Positions 8,974 to 20,043 of a stretch of DNA of 64,000 bases are shown piece after piece. Source of the DNA: Terriglobia bacterium (GTDB taxonomy: Bacteria; Acidobacteriota; Terriglobia; 2-12-FULL-54-10). The notes under the pieces were generated by a model. That model did not search any database and was not told the DNA's origin. It saw nothing but the letters and a program-made list of their open reading frames with translations. Position 1 is the first letter of the stretch; each line of letters opens with the position of its first letter. Both the position numbers and the translations under genes were made by a program. The stretch lies in assembly GCA_963666975.2 (NCBI GenBank), contig CAXVYR010000004.1:736001-800000 (forward strand), given 5' to 3'.

Positions 8974-10788
8974 TCAGAAGCCGGGCGCCTGGAATCTGAT
9001 CTGTCCACCTACGGCTGTCATCAATGTCTTAAGGTTGTTGATTTCCGATTCAGGCACTGAGAAATAGTCCTTATCGATCACGATGAAGTCTGCCAGCTTG
9101 CCGGGTTCGAGGGACCCCAGATCGTTCGGCCGGAGCAAGAACTCCGCGGGCCAATTCGTCCATGCCTTCATTACCGTGGTCCGGTCCAATTTGTTTTGGG
9201 GACTGTAAACCTTCCCGTTAATTTCCCGGGTCACCCAGACTCCCAGCCACGGCCAAATGGTGTCGCGCCATTCGTCCGGCCAAGTTCCCCACAGAGCCTT
9301 GCCGATCATTTTTTCCTGCATCATCTCCTCATGGGATTGGCCCAGTACGAGGTGCGAATCCGTATTCAGCGTGAACCGCGCGCCAGCATCTGCAAAAGCT
9401 TTCACGGGAAGTACCCATGGAATGTATTCTGGTCCGTAGTTTTGCATTACTGTTTCCTCGTTCGTGAGCGACCGTGCCTGGAAAGCCATCCAGAACCCAT
9501 ACTGGGCAAATGTCTTTGCCAGTTCTGGTTGGAGGAATGTGCCATGATCGAATCCCCACCCCTGTTGTTTGATCTCCTCCAAGGTCATGACGCCCTCTTG
9601 GATTACCTTATCGGCAATCTCCACAGCGGCATTGAGAGCCTTGTCCGTATACAAATGCAAGTTCGCCAGCCGTATCCCTTTGCGAGCAGCCGCTAAATGA
9701 CCGTCATACCCCCGGGTTCCGGGAGTGATCTCGCAGCGTTGAGCACTTGCCCGTTGCGCTTTGCGGGCCTCTTCGGTTCGGGGAACAGCGGTGGTGCAAG
9801 CAGCGTTTGCCCAACCCTCCTGTCCGACTCCAATATTCCAAAAATATTCGCTGCCCTGGCCCACAAAGTCTCCTAGCAGCGAATAAAACTCCGCAGGATC
9901 CTTCGCGAGAGAATACCCGATACGATGCACCCAAGCCCAACGAACCGGCATCTTCCCCTGCTGATCCAGGTAATTCACGGAACGCAAAACCTGAGGGCTT
10001 TCAATGTGTGACATAACCGTGGTTACACCAAGAGGCAGGTTCTCCGCCATCTCTTCGGAAACCAAACCGGCCACTTGCTCTGTTTTCCCTTTCAGGATGA
10101 GGTCGTACGTCACGAGATACCAGATCCGAAGGTTGTCTACCTCTGTCCCCAGAACTCGTTCCATTTCCTGCTTGGCCTTTGTGTTGGTGACCGTATTGCC
10201 TACGATTCCTGTCATAACCGCTAGCGGAGTGTCAGGAGCGATCTGGTCCAACTCAGCCCGGGTAATTCCTCCTTCCCCAATGGCCTGCCGGAAAGCGGGA
10301 GAGATAGAGGCGATCACCCACTTGTCGGGCCCTGCCTGCTGAATGCGCCTATTGATTGACTCGCCCAGCCTGCTCTTCACTTCGTTCAGATCCCTTCCCT
10401 CAACGTAGAGCCATTGCAATTGCGGATCATATTTGAATCCCAGATGCATCATCCCCCAAAGGTGAGGATGGGTGTGGGCATCAATCAGGCCGGGGAGCAC
10501 GGTCCTTCCCTTTGCATCAATCATTTCAGTTTGTGGACCAGCCAACCGCCGAATGGCGTCATTGGTTCCCAGTTGCCAAATGCGGTTTCCGCGAATCGCC
10601 ATAGCTTGGCGCGAAGAAAGGTTCTCGTCCATTGTGTAGATCTTGGCGTTATAAACAATCAGACTGGGGTAGACCGCCAATTGTTCTAAGGCTTGCTGGC
10701 TCGGAGCCTGGCCAACAGCAAGCTGTGCGGGCCAAAGCCCGACTACTAATACAAACAGTAAGATCGAACTGGTCTTTGGTCTTTTCAT
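8974..10788 (-). CDS. Secreted amidohydrolase (Amidohydro_3/YtcJ-like), paralog 1
   Basis: Sec signal; GRTVLPGLIDAHTHP; LHLYTD; FDH; NTD; GSLEPGKLADFIVID. Confidence 0.92.
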   Translation of the reverse strand: MKRPKTSSILLFVLVVGLWPAQLAVGQAPSQQALEQLAVYPSLIVYNAKIYTMDENLSSRQAMAIRGNRIWQLGTNDAIRRLAGPQTEMIDAKGRTVLPGLIDAHTHPHLWGMMHLGFKYDPQLQWLYVEGRDLNEVKSRLGESINRRIQQAGPDKWVIASISPAFRQAIGEGGITRAELDQIAPDTPLAVMTGIVGNTVTNTKAKQEMERVLGTEVDNLRIWYLVTYDLILKGKTEQVAGLVSEEMAENLPLGVTTVMSHIESPQVLRSVNYLDQQGKMPVRWAWVHRIGYSLAKDPAEFYSLLGDFVGQGSEYFWNIGVGQEGWANAACTTAVPRTEEARKAQRASAQRCEITPGTRGYDGHLAAARKGIRLANLHLYTDKALNAAVEIADKVIQEGVMTLEEIKQQGWGFDHGTFLQPELAKTFAQYGFWMAFQARSLTNEETVMQNYGPEYIPWVLPVKAFADAGARFTLNTDSHLVLGQSHEEMMQEKMIGKALWGTWPDEWRDTIWPWLGVWVTREINGKVYSPQNKLDRTTVMKAWTNWPAEFLLRPNDLGSLEPGKLADFIVIDKDYFSVPESEINNLKTLMTAVGGQIRFQAPGF

Positions 10789-10798
10789 AGTCAATCCA

Positions 10799-12610
10799 CT
10801 AAAAGTTTGGGGCTCTGAATGCCACCTTCCCGTCTACAACGGTCATGAGGTTATTAATCGTCACCAGCTCTCTGTCTGGAATCGTGAAGTAATCCTTGTC
10901 AATGACGGCAAGGTCTGCCAGCTTGCCGGGCTCCAACGATCCCAACTCTTTCCCGCGAAGCAGATTGTCCGCCGCCCAGTTCGTCCAGCCACGCAGGGCG
11001 GTGATCCGGTCAATCCTCTCCTCGGGAGTCCAAACTTTCCCGTGCAGTTCCCGGGTCACCCAAAAACCCACCCAGGGCCAGATCGAATCGTGGTAAGGCC
11101 AATCCTTGATCAGCGATTGATCAATCATCTTCGCGGCCATGGGATCCAGTGAGCCGACATGGGCATCACTGGAGATGATGAAACGCCCCCCGGCCTTCTT
11201 CCAACTGTTCAGAGGCATGATCCAGGGCACATAATCCTCCCCGAAATTGGGTGAAATCGTGGACAGGGCGCCGGCGAACTGGGACGCCTGAAAGCTCATC
11301 CAGAAGCGGTATTTCCCGGCCAGCGGAATTTGATCGGGACGGACGAGATGCCCGTGATCGAAACTCCACCCAGGTTCCTGGATTTGTTCCATGGTTAGAG
11401 CTCCCTCGCGGATCACTTGATCCGCCAGACGAATGGCGCCATCCAGTTCCCCGTCCCAGATGGCATGAACAATGGCCAGCCGAAGACCCGCCTTGACGGC
11501 AGCGAGGTGAGCGTCGTAACCCCAAACGCCCGGCACATAAGCACAACCCTCAATAGAGCGGCGTCTCAACTGTTGACGCATTTCTTCGCTTTGCGGGATG
11601 GCCGACGTGCATCCGCTCGGTCCCCAGCTCTCCGCTCCGACCCCAAAGTTCCAAATCCAGTTATCTCCTTGACCGGTAAAATCCCCTAGCAATCGATAAA
11701 ACTCTGCCGGGTCTTTCGCCAGGCTGAAACCACTTCGATGGACCCAAGCCCACCGGCCGGGCAACCTTCCCTCGCGGTGTAACAGGTTCAGGGCCCTAAA
11801 AACGTTCAGGGGTTCGATGTGGCTGGCGAATGTCGTGATGCCGAACGAGACATTTTCTTCCATTTCTTCTACAAGCATGTCGGCAATGGTTCCGATTTTG
11901 TCCCGAAGAATGATGTCGTATGGGACCATGTACCACACCCGCAGACCTAACAGCTCCTTCCCAAAGCTTTCCTCCATCAACTCCTTTGCCTTGGTGTTGG
12001 AGACACCCGCAAAGTAGCCTGCGGTAAGAAAGACAGGTGTCTCGGGCGCAATTCGGTCCAACTCAGCCCGCGTGATGCCCTGCCTGGCAATCGCGCTATC
12101 GGCCAACTGCCAGGGAATGCTGACGATGACCCATTTGTCGGACCCTTCCTTTTGAATTCTTGCCTCGATAGCCGGCCCCATCTTCAGCTTCACGTCCTCT
12201 AAATTCTTTTCATCCAGAAAAACCGGAGCGAGCTGGACATCGTACTTCGGACCCAGATGGGGCAATGCCCAAAGGTGGGGGTGGTTGTGGGCGTCTATCA
12301 GGCCCGGCACCACGGTCCGGCCCTTGAGATCGATCAATTCCGTCTGTGGCCCGGCTAACTGCCTGATTTCTTGATCGTCGCCCAGTTTCCAGATTCTGTT
12401 TGCACGAATCGCCATTGCCTGATGGAAGGTCATGTTCGCGTCCATCGTTGCAATCTTCCCGTTGTAGACAATCAAGGTGGGGTAGACCGCCAGTTCTTCC
12501 AAGACTGTCCGGCTCGGAGTTTGAGCCTCCACAACCTGCAAGGGCAAAAGCCAGACCGTGAATGCAAACAGCAAAATTGAGAACGATTTCAATTTTTGTA
12601 TCTTTTCCAT
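10799..12610 (-). CDS. Secreted amidohydrolase, paralog 2 (likely start 12610)
   Basis: Same motifs (DAHNHP, VHAIWD, FDH, SSD); GGAGG RBS before MEKIQ. Confidence 0.92.
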   Translation of the reverse strand: MEKIQKLKSFSILLFAFTVWLLPLQVVEAQTPSRTVLEELAVYPTLIVYNGKIATMDANMTFHQAMAIRANRIWKLGDDQEIRQLAGPQTELIDLKGRTVVPGLIDAHNHPHLWALPHLGPKYDVQLAPVFLDEKNLEDVKLKMGPAIEARIQKEGSDKWVIVSIPWQLADSAIARQGITRAELDRIAPETPVFLTAGYFAGVSNTKAKELMEESFGKELLGLRVWYMVPYDIILRDKIGTIADMLVEEMEENVSFGITTFASHIEPLNVFRALNLLHREGRLPGRWAWVHRSGFSLAKDPAEFYRLLGDFTGQGDNWIWNFGVGAESWGPSGCTSAIPQSEEMRQQLRRRSIEGCAYVPGVWGYDAHLAAVKAGLRLAIVHAIWDGELDGAIRLADQVIREGALTMEQIQEPGWSFDHGHLVRPDQIPLAGKYRFWMSFQASQFAGALSTISPNFGEDYVPWIMPLNSWKKAGGRFIISSDAHVGSLDPMAAKMIDQSLIKDWPYHDSIWPWVGFWVTRELHGKVWTPEERIDRITALRGWTNWAADNLLRGKELGSLEPGKLADLAVIDKDYFTIPDRELVTINNLMTVVDGKVAFRAPNF

Positions 12611-12763
12611 AGGACTGCCTCCCTGCGCCCGTTGTCTCGCGGGCAATTCAGATGATCTAGTGAAATTCAAAAGTCCCTTGGACCAGGTCGCTTCCATTCA
12701 AACTGCCGAAAGGATCCCGGCTCCCTGAAGTGTAGGTTTTCTTGGGTGCCGTCGGCATGCTGA

Positions 12764-13295
12764 TCAAAAATTCGATGACTGGTATACGATCTTCCCACCG
12801 ATTCCTGTCATGAGATTCCGGATGGTTACCAGTTCCCTCTCTGGAATCGTGAAGTAAGTCTTATCAATGACGTCAAAGTCTGCCAGCTTGCCCGACTCCA
12901 ACGAGCCGAAATGTGCATCCCTGGACAAAATGAAACGTGCCCCAGCCTTCTTCCAGCTGTTTACGGGGCTAATCCACGGCAAATATTCATCTCCGAAATC
13001 GCGCAGAAATTCATCGAGGGCGCTGGCAAACATGATACCTTAAAAGCTCATCCAGAAGCCATACTTCCCAGCCAGCGGAATCTGATCCGGCCGGACAAGA
13101 CGCCCTTGATCAAAGCTCCATCCGAGTTCGCACACTTGCTCGAGCGTCAGGGCCCCTTCCTGAATCACTTGATCTGCCAGGTGAATGGCTCCATCCAGCT
13201 CCCCATCATAAGATGGCATGAACTATAGCCAGCCCCATATCTCCCTTGATGGCAGCCAACTGGGCGTCATAACCCCCCCCAGCGATGCACATAAT
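12764..13295 (-). pseudogene. Amidohydrolase C-terminal fragment, degenerate copy of paralog 2
   Basis: Homology to GYDAHLAA...DGELDGAI...RPDQIPLAGKY with an in-frame stop, a frameshift and an internal deletion. Confidence 0.85.
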
Positions 13296-13312
13296 CCTGC
13301 CGGGCGAGGAGG

Positions 13313-13738
13313 CTACTGGGAAGAGCGCTTCAAAGACTTCAAATAAGCCACCGATGCTTCCGCATCCTCCCGGTTCAGGCGGTACGGCGGCATGGGGGGT
13401 CTAGCTTCGGTGCCATTCGGTCGCTTCCCGATTTCCAGGAATCGAATCGCGTCTTCCTCGGTCCAGCCGGGAAGTCCGGCGATAGGTGGGGAATAGCCGG
13501 CCATATTCGGATTGTTCCTCGCGCCGGGGAAGGGAGCGCCTTCCAGCGATCGCGTGGGGTCCGGTTTCCCATCTTTCCCTGTCGGCGTGTGGCAGTCAAC
13601 ACACATGGATACCCGTTCTACGAGGTACTTACCGCGCTCGATCAGCTCCTTGCGCGGCTCCTGCGCCGCCAGTTCGGATAGGGCAACCAGCCCTATCATC
13701 ACAACCAATCCCATCATCCCGCCAAAAATGCTCCGCAT
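13313..13738 (-). CDS. Periplasmic monoheme cytochrome c
   Basis: Signal peptide, RGKYLV...CVDCHTP, PPMP distal Met, AYLKSL. Confidence 0.92.
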   Translation of the reverse strand: MRSIFGGMMGLVVMIGLVALSELAAQEPRKELIERGKYLVERVSMCVDCHTPTGKDGKPDPTRSLEGAPFPGARNNPNMAGYSPPIAGLPGWTEEDAIRFLEIGKRPNGTEARPPMPPYRLNREDAEASVAYLKSLKRSSQ

Positions 13739-13909
13739 CCGCCTTTCCTCCCAGGACGTTGATAGTTTTTGAGATTCCCGCTCGCTCTCCTGTTATGAAC
13801 GAACAAATCAGACGCAGCGAGAAGTATACCGGAATTAGTTATTTAACCCTCCGGTGGTTGCGAGTATACGCCCATTTTGCCTTCAACTGAGCCCTTCCAG
13901 CGCAGATTT

Positions 13910-14028
13910 CCTTTCACTCCTTGGGTGTACACCTCTGAAGCCAATGATGATGCTCGAACCCTCATCAATATTGACGTTGGAGCCATTCAGAAGATTGCCG
14001 CTGCGATTTCAAACTGGAAATGCGCGAT
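13910..14028 (-). mobile_element. IS1380 left-end remnant
   Basis: Close similarity to 53520-53637 (tgggtgta...gatgctcgaaccc...tcaatattga...gatttcaaactggaaatgcg). Confidence 0.75.
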
Positions 14029-14043
14029 TAACGGTGTTTTTCC

Positions 14044-14711
14044 TTAGCCGACTCCACCGACAGTAGCACCTTTTGCAGAGGCAGATTTTTCGGAAATCTG
14101 TTCATCTGAGTTATTGACGCCGGGCAAACGCTTCAGCATTGCAAGAAGGTCTATCCCGGTTAACGCCTCAACGAGGTGTGGAACCTGAGCGATCGTGTGA
14201 GTTATGTCTCGTGTAATCTTGCTGGTTCCAGCCCCGTTGGAATCGCCTCCTCCGTTGCCCACCACTACAATTCGTTCGGTCTTGGCTAACGGCTGTGCTA
14301 CGGCCCTCACAACCTCAGGAAGCGATTCGAGCAGATGCCGGATCAATGCCGCTTGGCCGTACTCCTTCCAGGCGTCAGCCTTTCGTTGCATCGCTTCAGC
14401 TTCGGCGAGACCGCGAGCTCGTATAGCATCGGCATCAGCCTGACCCCGCAGTTTTGTGCCTTCGGCCTCAGCGGTAGCCTCTGCTACAACGCGTGCCTTG
14501 TTGCCTTCTGCATTGGTTTCCAGATGGTAACGCTCAGCCTCTGCTGGTCTCCTGACGGTGGCTTCCAACTCCCGTTCCCGGCGCTTGATTTCCTGTTCTC
14601 CTACTTCGATTTGTTTCTGACGCTCCACAACCGAGATCTGCAGATCCTCTTCCCTAATCGGCTGTTTAACCTTAGTTGCCTGGAGATGGCACGCCAATCC
14701 CGAATCAGCTT
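14044..14711 (-). pseudogene. Flotillin (SPFH) C-terminal fragment
   Basis: RRERELEATVRRPAEAERY...GLAEAEAMQRKADAWKEYGQAA...AQPLAKTERIVVV; SPFH domain is missing and the ORF start lies inside a MITE. Confidence 0.85.
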
Positions 14712-14866
14712 TAGAACCGGTCTCAAAAATGGCCATTTTCTGTTAACCGTCAGGGCACGGCTTCAGCCGTGCCGTAAAAAGCCTTGAAAAACAGGGGCTT
14801 CAGCCCCTGAGGTAACTTTCGTTTTTGCCAATTGCGTCATTCCGCGCATTTTTGAGACCAGTTCTA
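14712..14866. mobile_element. ~155 bp MITE with IS5-like terminal inverted repeats
   Basis: tagaaccggtctcaaaaat / atttttgagaccagttcta (18/19 inverted match); internal REP-like hairpins. Confidence 0.8.
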
Positions 14867-15426
14867 GCCGGGAATTCCATTTTGTGTTCCCGTGTGGCTG
14901 TCAGTATGTACCCGGAAAAACCACCACAAACTCCTAGGGCAATCAAGGTGTTCAGTGTCTCCCGAAAACAAAAAGCCGACTCACGACTGATGGCTGTTAC
15001 CGATACCACCTGCGACGAGTCGGCTCTTTTTGATTTTGTCGGGGTGTCATTTCGTGCCCCTTCCCGACTTTTGCCCCACGCTTATGCGGGGCTAGGCCGC
15101 GAACAAGGTTTCTTTACCCGCTTTACCTTCCGACCGCTGCCTAGGCCGCGAACAAGGGCTTTACCTTCCAACGGAAACTTGGGCCTTGCCTCAGGTGAAC
15201 TTGTGGTTGGACAATTGAGTGCGAAATCGAGCCTCTGAGAGGCGAACTGCGCTGTTTCTGCTACCTCCGGAGGATGCTGTCAATGACTTAATTAGGAAGG
15301 ACACTGGGTGGGATTTCCGTTATGAAAACTACCTTCACATCCTACACCCTCCACTCTCTTGTAACCAGTCCAGAGCACCATGGCCCCTTCCGGGATGGCA
15401 ACTTCGTGAAGGAGAACCGAAAGCGG

Positions 15427-15520
15427 CACTCACCCACTGGATTTCTACCTCCTGGTGGCTGCATTGACGCTGGAACCCATATCAATATTGATGTTGGAGG
15501 TTAGTAGATGGTTGCAGCTG
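15427..15520 (-). mobile_element. Degenerate IS1380 left-end remnant
   Basis: ctcaccca...gaacccatatcaatattgatgttggaggttag resembles 53522-53598. Confidence 0.6.
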
Positions 15521-15574
15521 TGTTTTCAAAAAGGAAATACGGTGTAGAAGATCTCTCCATTGAGAAACTCGTCT

Positions 15575-15777
15575 CGAAACTGCTCCGTGATTCCCAACTT
15601 CCTACAGAACTCTCCGGTTGTCTGGCCCTTAGCCAGTTCCACTTCCGCCTCTCGTAGATGTCGTATGATCTGTTCGGCCGGGTATCACTTCTTCGGCATA
15701 CTTCCCCCCTTTCCAAGTCCAGTGCTAACCCTAAACTCTAATTTGCCAACTGGACCGATTTATGAGGAGCAGGTCAG
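15575..15777 (-). pseudogene. IS3-family (IS407-like) left end + orfA remnant
   Basis: MPKK*YPAEQIIRHLREAEVELAKGQTTGEFCRKLGITEQ; terminal TGACCTGC IR. Confidence 0.8.
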
Positions 15778-15885
15778 CATCGAGTTCGTTTCGCTATCAG
15801 AACAAGTAGACACCAGCACGCCGATTGGAAAGATGGTCTTTACGGTCATGGACGACGTGGCCGAACTGGAGCGCAGCCTCATAGT
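15778..15885 (+). pseudogene. Serine recombinase/resolvase fragment
   Basis: IEFVSLSEQVDTSTPIGKMVFTVMDDVAELERSLI. Confidence 0.8.
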
Positions 15886-15997
15886 ACTCCCATATCCGCT
15901 GATGTCAAACACCGGGGGGGGGCAGGAACGTGGCCGTTTCCCCAGGCACCCATCTTGCACAACCTTCTCCATGCGTTCCGAGAGGCAGCATCCTGCG

Positions 15998-18343
15998 CTA
16001 GTAGTCGAACGAGTAAGTGAGCTTGAGCTGTAGGGAGCGGTCCTTTCGGCGGTCGAGCATTGCCACCGTATGTTCCGGTTCTGTGAAAATTTCATCGCGG
16101 CGGCCTTCGTTATAAACCAGAAAGAAATCGTCGCCGGGCCGGAAAATGTAGTTTAGCCGGAAGTTGAATCCCAAAAAGGAATCGGTGTTGCTATATTGCA
16201 TTGTGGTGCTGGTGAGCCACTGATTGTTGAAGTTGTAATTGACGCGGGTGTTGACGGTGTGGTCGGTGAACTTTCCCTGCGGAAAGGTAGCCTTGTTCAG
16301 TTGATATCCGGCCTCCACAGAGAGTTTCTCGCCAAGCTTCAGGCGTGGGTTGATTTCCAAATTGTGGAGATCCCCTCCGAAGAAGCCGTACTCACGCTTC
16401 CAATTGAAGAAACCCGATAGTTTTCTGCCGGGATTAGCGGTATAGCGGATCCCGTTATACCACCAACTGTAGGTTCCTGCAGGAATCACCACACCCGGCC
16501 GGATTTCGAATGGTATCCTCAACCGTTCTAAGCGCGTATGCGGCGTCCAGAGCAAGGTGTCACCGCTCTGAAAGAAGACCCCAAACGTATAATGGTTGAC
16601 GCGCGTCTCGAGTTCATTCTTCTGATTCATCGTATAGTCTGAGAGGAAAGCGATCCGAAACTGGCGAATTAACCGGCTGTTGGGGCGCGGCAGAATCGCG
16701 ATTTGTGGCGAAAACTTCCGAATGTTCTTGCGGGGAACAAATCCCACATCATCTCGAAAATCGGGATCCACGACGACATACTGGGTGCCCAGGAAAAAGA
16801 AATCACTATCCCATTTTACCTCTCCGATGCTCACCCAGTTGTTACCTTTTACCCCGGGTGAGCTGGATTTCCCCAGTAAGCCTGTCATAGTAAAATGTCT
16901 AAAAAAGACAAAGTTGGCGTCCATGCCGTAAACCCGGTTGAAATCGCTGCTCCCCCCTTTCTCGCGGTTAATGAGGAATCCCCCTACCGTAGACCGCGAC
17001 AACACGTCCCGTTTCACGCGCATCACCCCGTAGTTACTAGCGGGAACGCCTTCCGACGACAGAGCCTCGGTCTGGACATTCAACAGGCCCAGCGTGAGCC
17101 CTTGGAGCTTCCCAGTGATGCGGCCTCCAGCAACGATGGGTACAGGTTGTCCTCCGGCAAGGCCAATCTGTCGGCTGTGAAATAGATTAATTACCTGCCG
17201 GTTACCCTCGGTCCGGGCAACACCAAACTCATAGATGCCCGCCCCTTCCAAGAAGAACTCCCGTTTTTCGGGAAAAAAAAGCGAGAAGCGGTCCAGGTTC
17301 ACCTGCTGATCATCGACTTCAGTCTGGGCAAAGTCGGTCCGCCAGGTCATGTCCGCCGTGAGGCCCGGCGTGATCCGATATTTCAAAACTTCCATCCCGA
17401 TGTCGGAAGTGTTGCGCAGCGTGCTCCGGGACCGGTCGGACGTTTGTCGAAATCCCGCCACCGAAAACGGCTTCACCCGCAACCGCAGCCCTGTTTCGAT
17501 GTTCTCCAGCCCTTCCAGATGTCCTGCCTGAGAGACGTTTTCCAGATTGAAGCCGCGCCGGAAACCGTTCCAATAAGCAAACTCATTCTTCCGCCGAATC
17601 ACCCGTTCCAGGTCGAATCCCCAGCCCTGCCCGTCTTTCTCGCTCACCCGCAGGCTCTTGAAGGGGATGGCGAACTCCGCCGTCCAGCCCGCCGGGCTCA
17701 CCTGGGAAGCTACATCCCACTTCTCGTCCCAGTTTTCGTTCACATTGTTCCCTTCGTCGGTAATCATGGCGTCATATTGGGTGCCCAGTGGATTCGTGCG
17801 GAACAGGAAAGCATTGCGGTGGTCGTGAAAGGTATCGAGCACGATGGTGATAGTGTCGTCGTTTTCCAGATTGTTGTCCCGCCGCCGCTCGGTCGCCAGT
17901 ATCCCGTCGGCGCCGGTGTCATAGCAGATGATCCCGACGTATAAGGTCGTGGCCGTGTAGAGGACCCGGAACTCCGTCCTTTCCGTGGAGGCTTCGCCTT
18001 CCTGCGGATCTTTCTGAACGAATCCCAAGGAGACTTGAGCTTGCTGCCAGGCCGGATCGTCGAGGCTCCCGTCCACCTCCACCGGCAGTTCTATCTGAAT
18101 CGCAGTGATAGTTTTTTTGCCGTGGGTCCCGTCTGCAATCCGGAGACTGCTCTGGGCGTGACTGGAGGATGCAGCAAGTGCGGAAAGCAGCGGAAGGATA
18201 AACAGAAGAAGCCATCGATGCAGGCTGGTGTTTCGCGCTGACAGAGTCTCATTCTTGTCAAACATCGCTGGCTGCAAGGTGGTTCTTTTAGTCTGATAAA
18301 TGGTTATCCCCCCCCCCTCGCCATCCCGGACGAAGTGGAGCAT
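15998..18343 (-). CDS. DUF5916 / CBM9-like domain outer-membrane protein (start may be 18265)
   Basis: Signal peptide, VDGSLDDPAW, GWTAEFAIPFKSLR, DFAQTEVD...LFFPEKREFFLEG, beta-barrel-type C-terminus. Confidence 0.85.
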   Translation of the reverse strand: MLHFVRDGEGGGITIYQTKRTTLQPAMFDKNETLSARNTSLHRWLLLFILPLLSALAASSSHAQSSLRIADGTHGKKTITAIQIELPVEVDGSLDDPAWQQAQVSLGFVQKDPQEGEASTERTEFRVLYTATTLYVGIICYDTGADGILATERRRDNNLENDDTITIVLDTFHDHRNAFLFRTNPLGTQYDAMITDEGNNVNENWDEKWDVASQVSPAGWTAEFAIPFKSLRVSEKDGQGWGFDLERVIRRKNEFAYWNGFRRGFNLENVSQAGHLEGLENIETGLRLRVKPFSVAGFRQTSDRSRSTLRNTSDIGMEVLKYRITPGLTADMTWRTDFAQTEVDDQQVNLDRFSLFFPEKREFFLEGAGIYEFGVARTEGNRQVINLFHSRQIGLAGGQPVPIVAGGRITGKLQGLTLGLLNVQTEALSSEGVPASNYGVMRVKRDVLSRSTVGGFLINREKGGSSDFNRVYGMDANFVFFRHFTMTGLLGKSSSPGVKGNNWVSIGEVKWDSDFFFLGTQYVVVDPDFRDDVGFVPRKNIRKFSPQIAILPRPNSRLIRQFRIAFLSDYTMNQKNELETRVNHYTFGVFFQSGDTLLWTPHTRLERLRIPFEIRPGVVIPAGTYSWWYNGIRYTANPGRKLSGFFNWKREYGFFGGDLHNLEINPRLKLGEKLSVEAGYQLNKATFPQGKFTDHTVNTRVNYNFNNQWLTSTTMQYSNTDSFLGFNFRLNYIFRPGDDFFLVYNEGRRDEIFTEPEHTVAMLDRRKDRSLQLKLTYSFDY

Positions 18344-18511
18344 CCTAAGTCCGAATTGCCGTTTTCAACTCTGCCTTCCACAGATCATATACCGGCCACC
18401 CTCTTATATCCAGTTCAGATTGTCATGGACGTGGCAGCGCAGCTCGTTTTAACCGTTTTGCCAATTTGTCTGTTGTTCTCATGAAGAATGTAGTGATGCT
18501 GTGTGCCCCGT

Positions 18512-20043
18512 TGTACGTCGTCAGATAATGTTGGACACAGAGCATAAAAAGATAAGGTGGCGTTCAGGCTCCTCTGGGTTGATGTTAGGCTGCCCTTCTT
18601 TTGAAGTGCAACCGTTTTCTTAAGATCATAGTTTTCTCTTTGATGCGATCCCGTTTTTGCAGGATGGCACTGCCTTGGCCTGTAAAAACGTCATACGGTG
18701 TCAGGTTGTTCAGGCTTTCATGGTATCGGTTGGTGTTGTAGTGGTTGACGAAGGCATCGATCTGCCGCTCCAGCTCTTCTGGCAGGTAATAGTTGTTGAG
18801 CAGGATGCGGTCTTTCAGAGTTCGGTGCCAGCGTTCGATCTTGCCCTGCGTCATGGGGTGATAGGGCTTGCCGCGAGTATGCGGCACGCTGTTTTCTGCC
18901 AGCCATGATTGCAGTTCGGAAGAGACGTAGCACGGCCCGTTGTCGCTCAGGAGGCGAGGTCTGTGCCGGGCGCCCACGCGGTCGAGGCCGGTGGCTTGCA
19001 AAGCATCCCGCAACGTGGCCGAGACGTCACTTGCGCTCATGGTTTTGCACAGCCGCCAGGCGATGATATAGCGCGAGAAGTCGTCCAGCACCGTGGACAG
19101 GTAGAACCAGCCCCAACCGATGACTTTCAGGTAGGTGAAGTCGGTCTGCCAGAGCTGGTTGACCGCCGTGGTCGGGTTGGCGAACCGTTCCGCCGCTTTC
19201 AGGACAATAAAGGCTGGCGCGGTAATCAGGTCATGGCTTTTCAGGACGCGGTAAACCGTCGATTCAGAAAGGTAATACCGCCTTTCCTCGGTAAAACGCA
19301 CCGCCAGCTCGCGTGACGACAGATCGGGCTCGGCCAGGGCTAACGTCACCAACTGCTGAGTTATCTCCTCCGGCACCTTGTTCCAGACAGGGCCAGGATC
19401 GGGTTTTTTGTCTTCCAGCCCATCAAAGCCTTCCGACACATAGCGGTCGTACCAGTTGTAAAACGTCGATCTGGGAATGCCAACCTGCTGCAGCGTCCGG
19501 CGCACCCCCAGGGCAGATTGCTCCACCGTGCAGATGATCTCCAGCTTCTCCGAGGCAGGGTATCTCATGTATGTTCCTCCCCATCCCCGATCACGCTTTT
19601 TTTTAGCAGGCGATTTTCCAGCATAGCCTCGGCCAGGGCCTCTTTCAGCTGTACGGCCTGCTCCCGCAGAGTCTTGACTTCGCCACTGGTTGCCTCACAT
19701 GCGCGCCGCCTGGCTGGGCCTCTATGTCGCCCGCCAGCCGCTTGCGGCCAGCCTCCAGAAACTCCTTGCTCCAGCGGTAATACTGGTTCTGGTGCAGCCC
19801 CTCGCGGCGGCACAGCTCCGCGATGCTGTCCTCGCCGCGAAGTCCCTGCAATACAATGCGGATTTTGTCTTCCGGGCTGAACCTGCGCCGCGTCCTGCGT
19901 TTGATCTCCCGGACGGCCTTCTCGACCGCCCCCCTGTCGTCTTGTTTTTGTCTCATCTTCGTTCCTTTCAGTCTCTACGATGAGCCAAAAACATCACCTT
20001 AACTATTACCCTCTACCTGTCCAACAAGCCCTGACGGGGCACA
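18512..20043 (-). mobile_element. IS3-family copy C (orfB 18585-19568; orfA 19565-19956 disrupted by a short insertion near 19700)
   Basis: Both ends present (tgtacgtcg.../...ggggcaca); orfB identical to copy A; no matching target duplication. Confidence 0.95.

Noticed and set aside
19980-20043. ATG 19980 as a real start of the E1-beta gene
   Set aside because: It lies inside the IS end; the N-terminal domain of E1-beta is missing.
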